Assembly (NCBI RefSeq): GCF_001194135.2
Contig: NC_068990.1
Location: forward strand, 21,129,806-21,179,800
From: Octopus bimaculoides
Lineage: Eukaryota
DNA length: 49,995 nt
Direction: 5' to 3'
The translations under genes and the position numbers were made by a program. Positions 49,727-49,995 of the stretch are shown here, piece after piece (the stretch's first letter is position 1; each line of letters opens with the position of its first letter). Below the pieces are notes generated by a model. The model made no database searches, was not told the origin of the DNA, and saw nothing but the letters and a program-made list of their open reading frames with translations.

Positions 49727-49995
49727 ATTATCGCCCCATAACCTGCTTAACAACAATGTATAAGACGCTAACATCTGTCCTAACCGAGTACACCTATAGT
49801 TTTTTAATAGAAAGTAGCATATTCCCTAATGAGCAAAAGGGATGTAAACGTGGATCTTATGGTTGTAAAGATCAGCTACTCATCAATAAGATGATCTTAG
49901 AAGATTGTCACAAGCGACACAAAAACTTGTCAATAGCCTGGATAGACTATAAAAAGGCCTTTGATAGCCTACCACATAGCTGGATTAGGAAATGT
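49723..49995 (+). mobile_element. 5'-truncated R4/Dong-like retrotransposon RT segment, open to the window edge
   Basis: 91 codons without a stop: KNYRPITCLTTMYKTLT...EQKGCKRGSYGCKDQLLINKMIL...AWIDYKKAFDSLPHSWIRKC, directly after a (TAA)n tract (49660-49715). Confidence 0.9.

Overview
Eukaryotic, AT-rich, repeat-saturated DNA from a gapped short-read assembly; most N runs sit next to (TA)n/(TG)n tracts. The repeat families look like those I recall from octopus (coleoid cephalopod) genomes; that assignment is an inference. I found no supportable host protein-coding exon, tRNA, rRNA or CRISPR array, so the window is probably intergenic or intronic. It contains about 30 copies of one tRNA-headed SINE (often in head-to-tail arrays), two other SINE families, two decayed Tc1/mariner transposases, a hAT MITE with its TSD, CR1- and RTE-clade LINE fragments, a bipartite non-autonomous RTE (two copies), R4/Dong-type RLE retrotransposons next to (CATA)n and (TAA)n microsatellites, and several long fold-back repeats. 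Most notable: a type I hammerhead ribozyme with a complete catalytic core at 43532-43586, and a palindromic element (49141-49510) with a Penelope-type minimal hammerhead in each arm. Most ORFs in the supplied track are microsatellite or N-gap artefacts. Coordinates were read by eye, so repeat boundaries are approximate.
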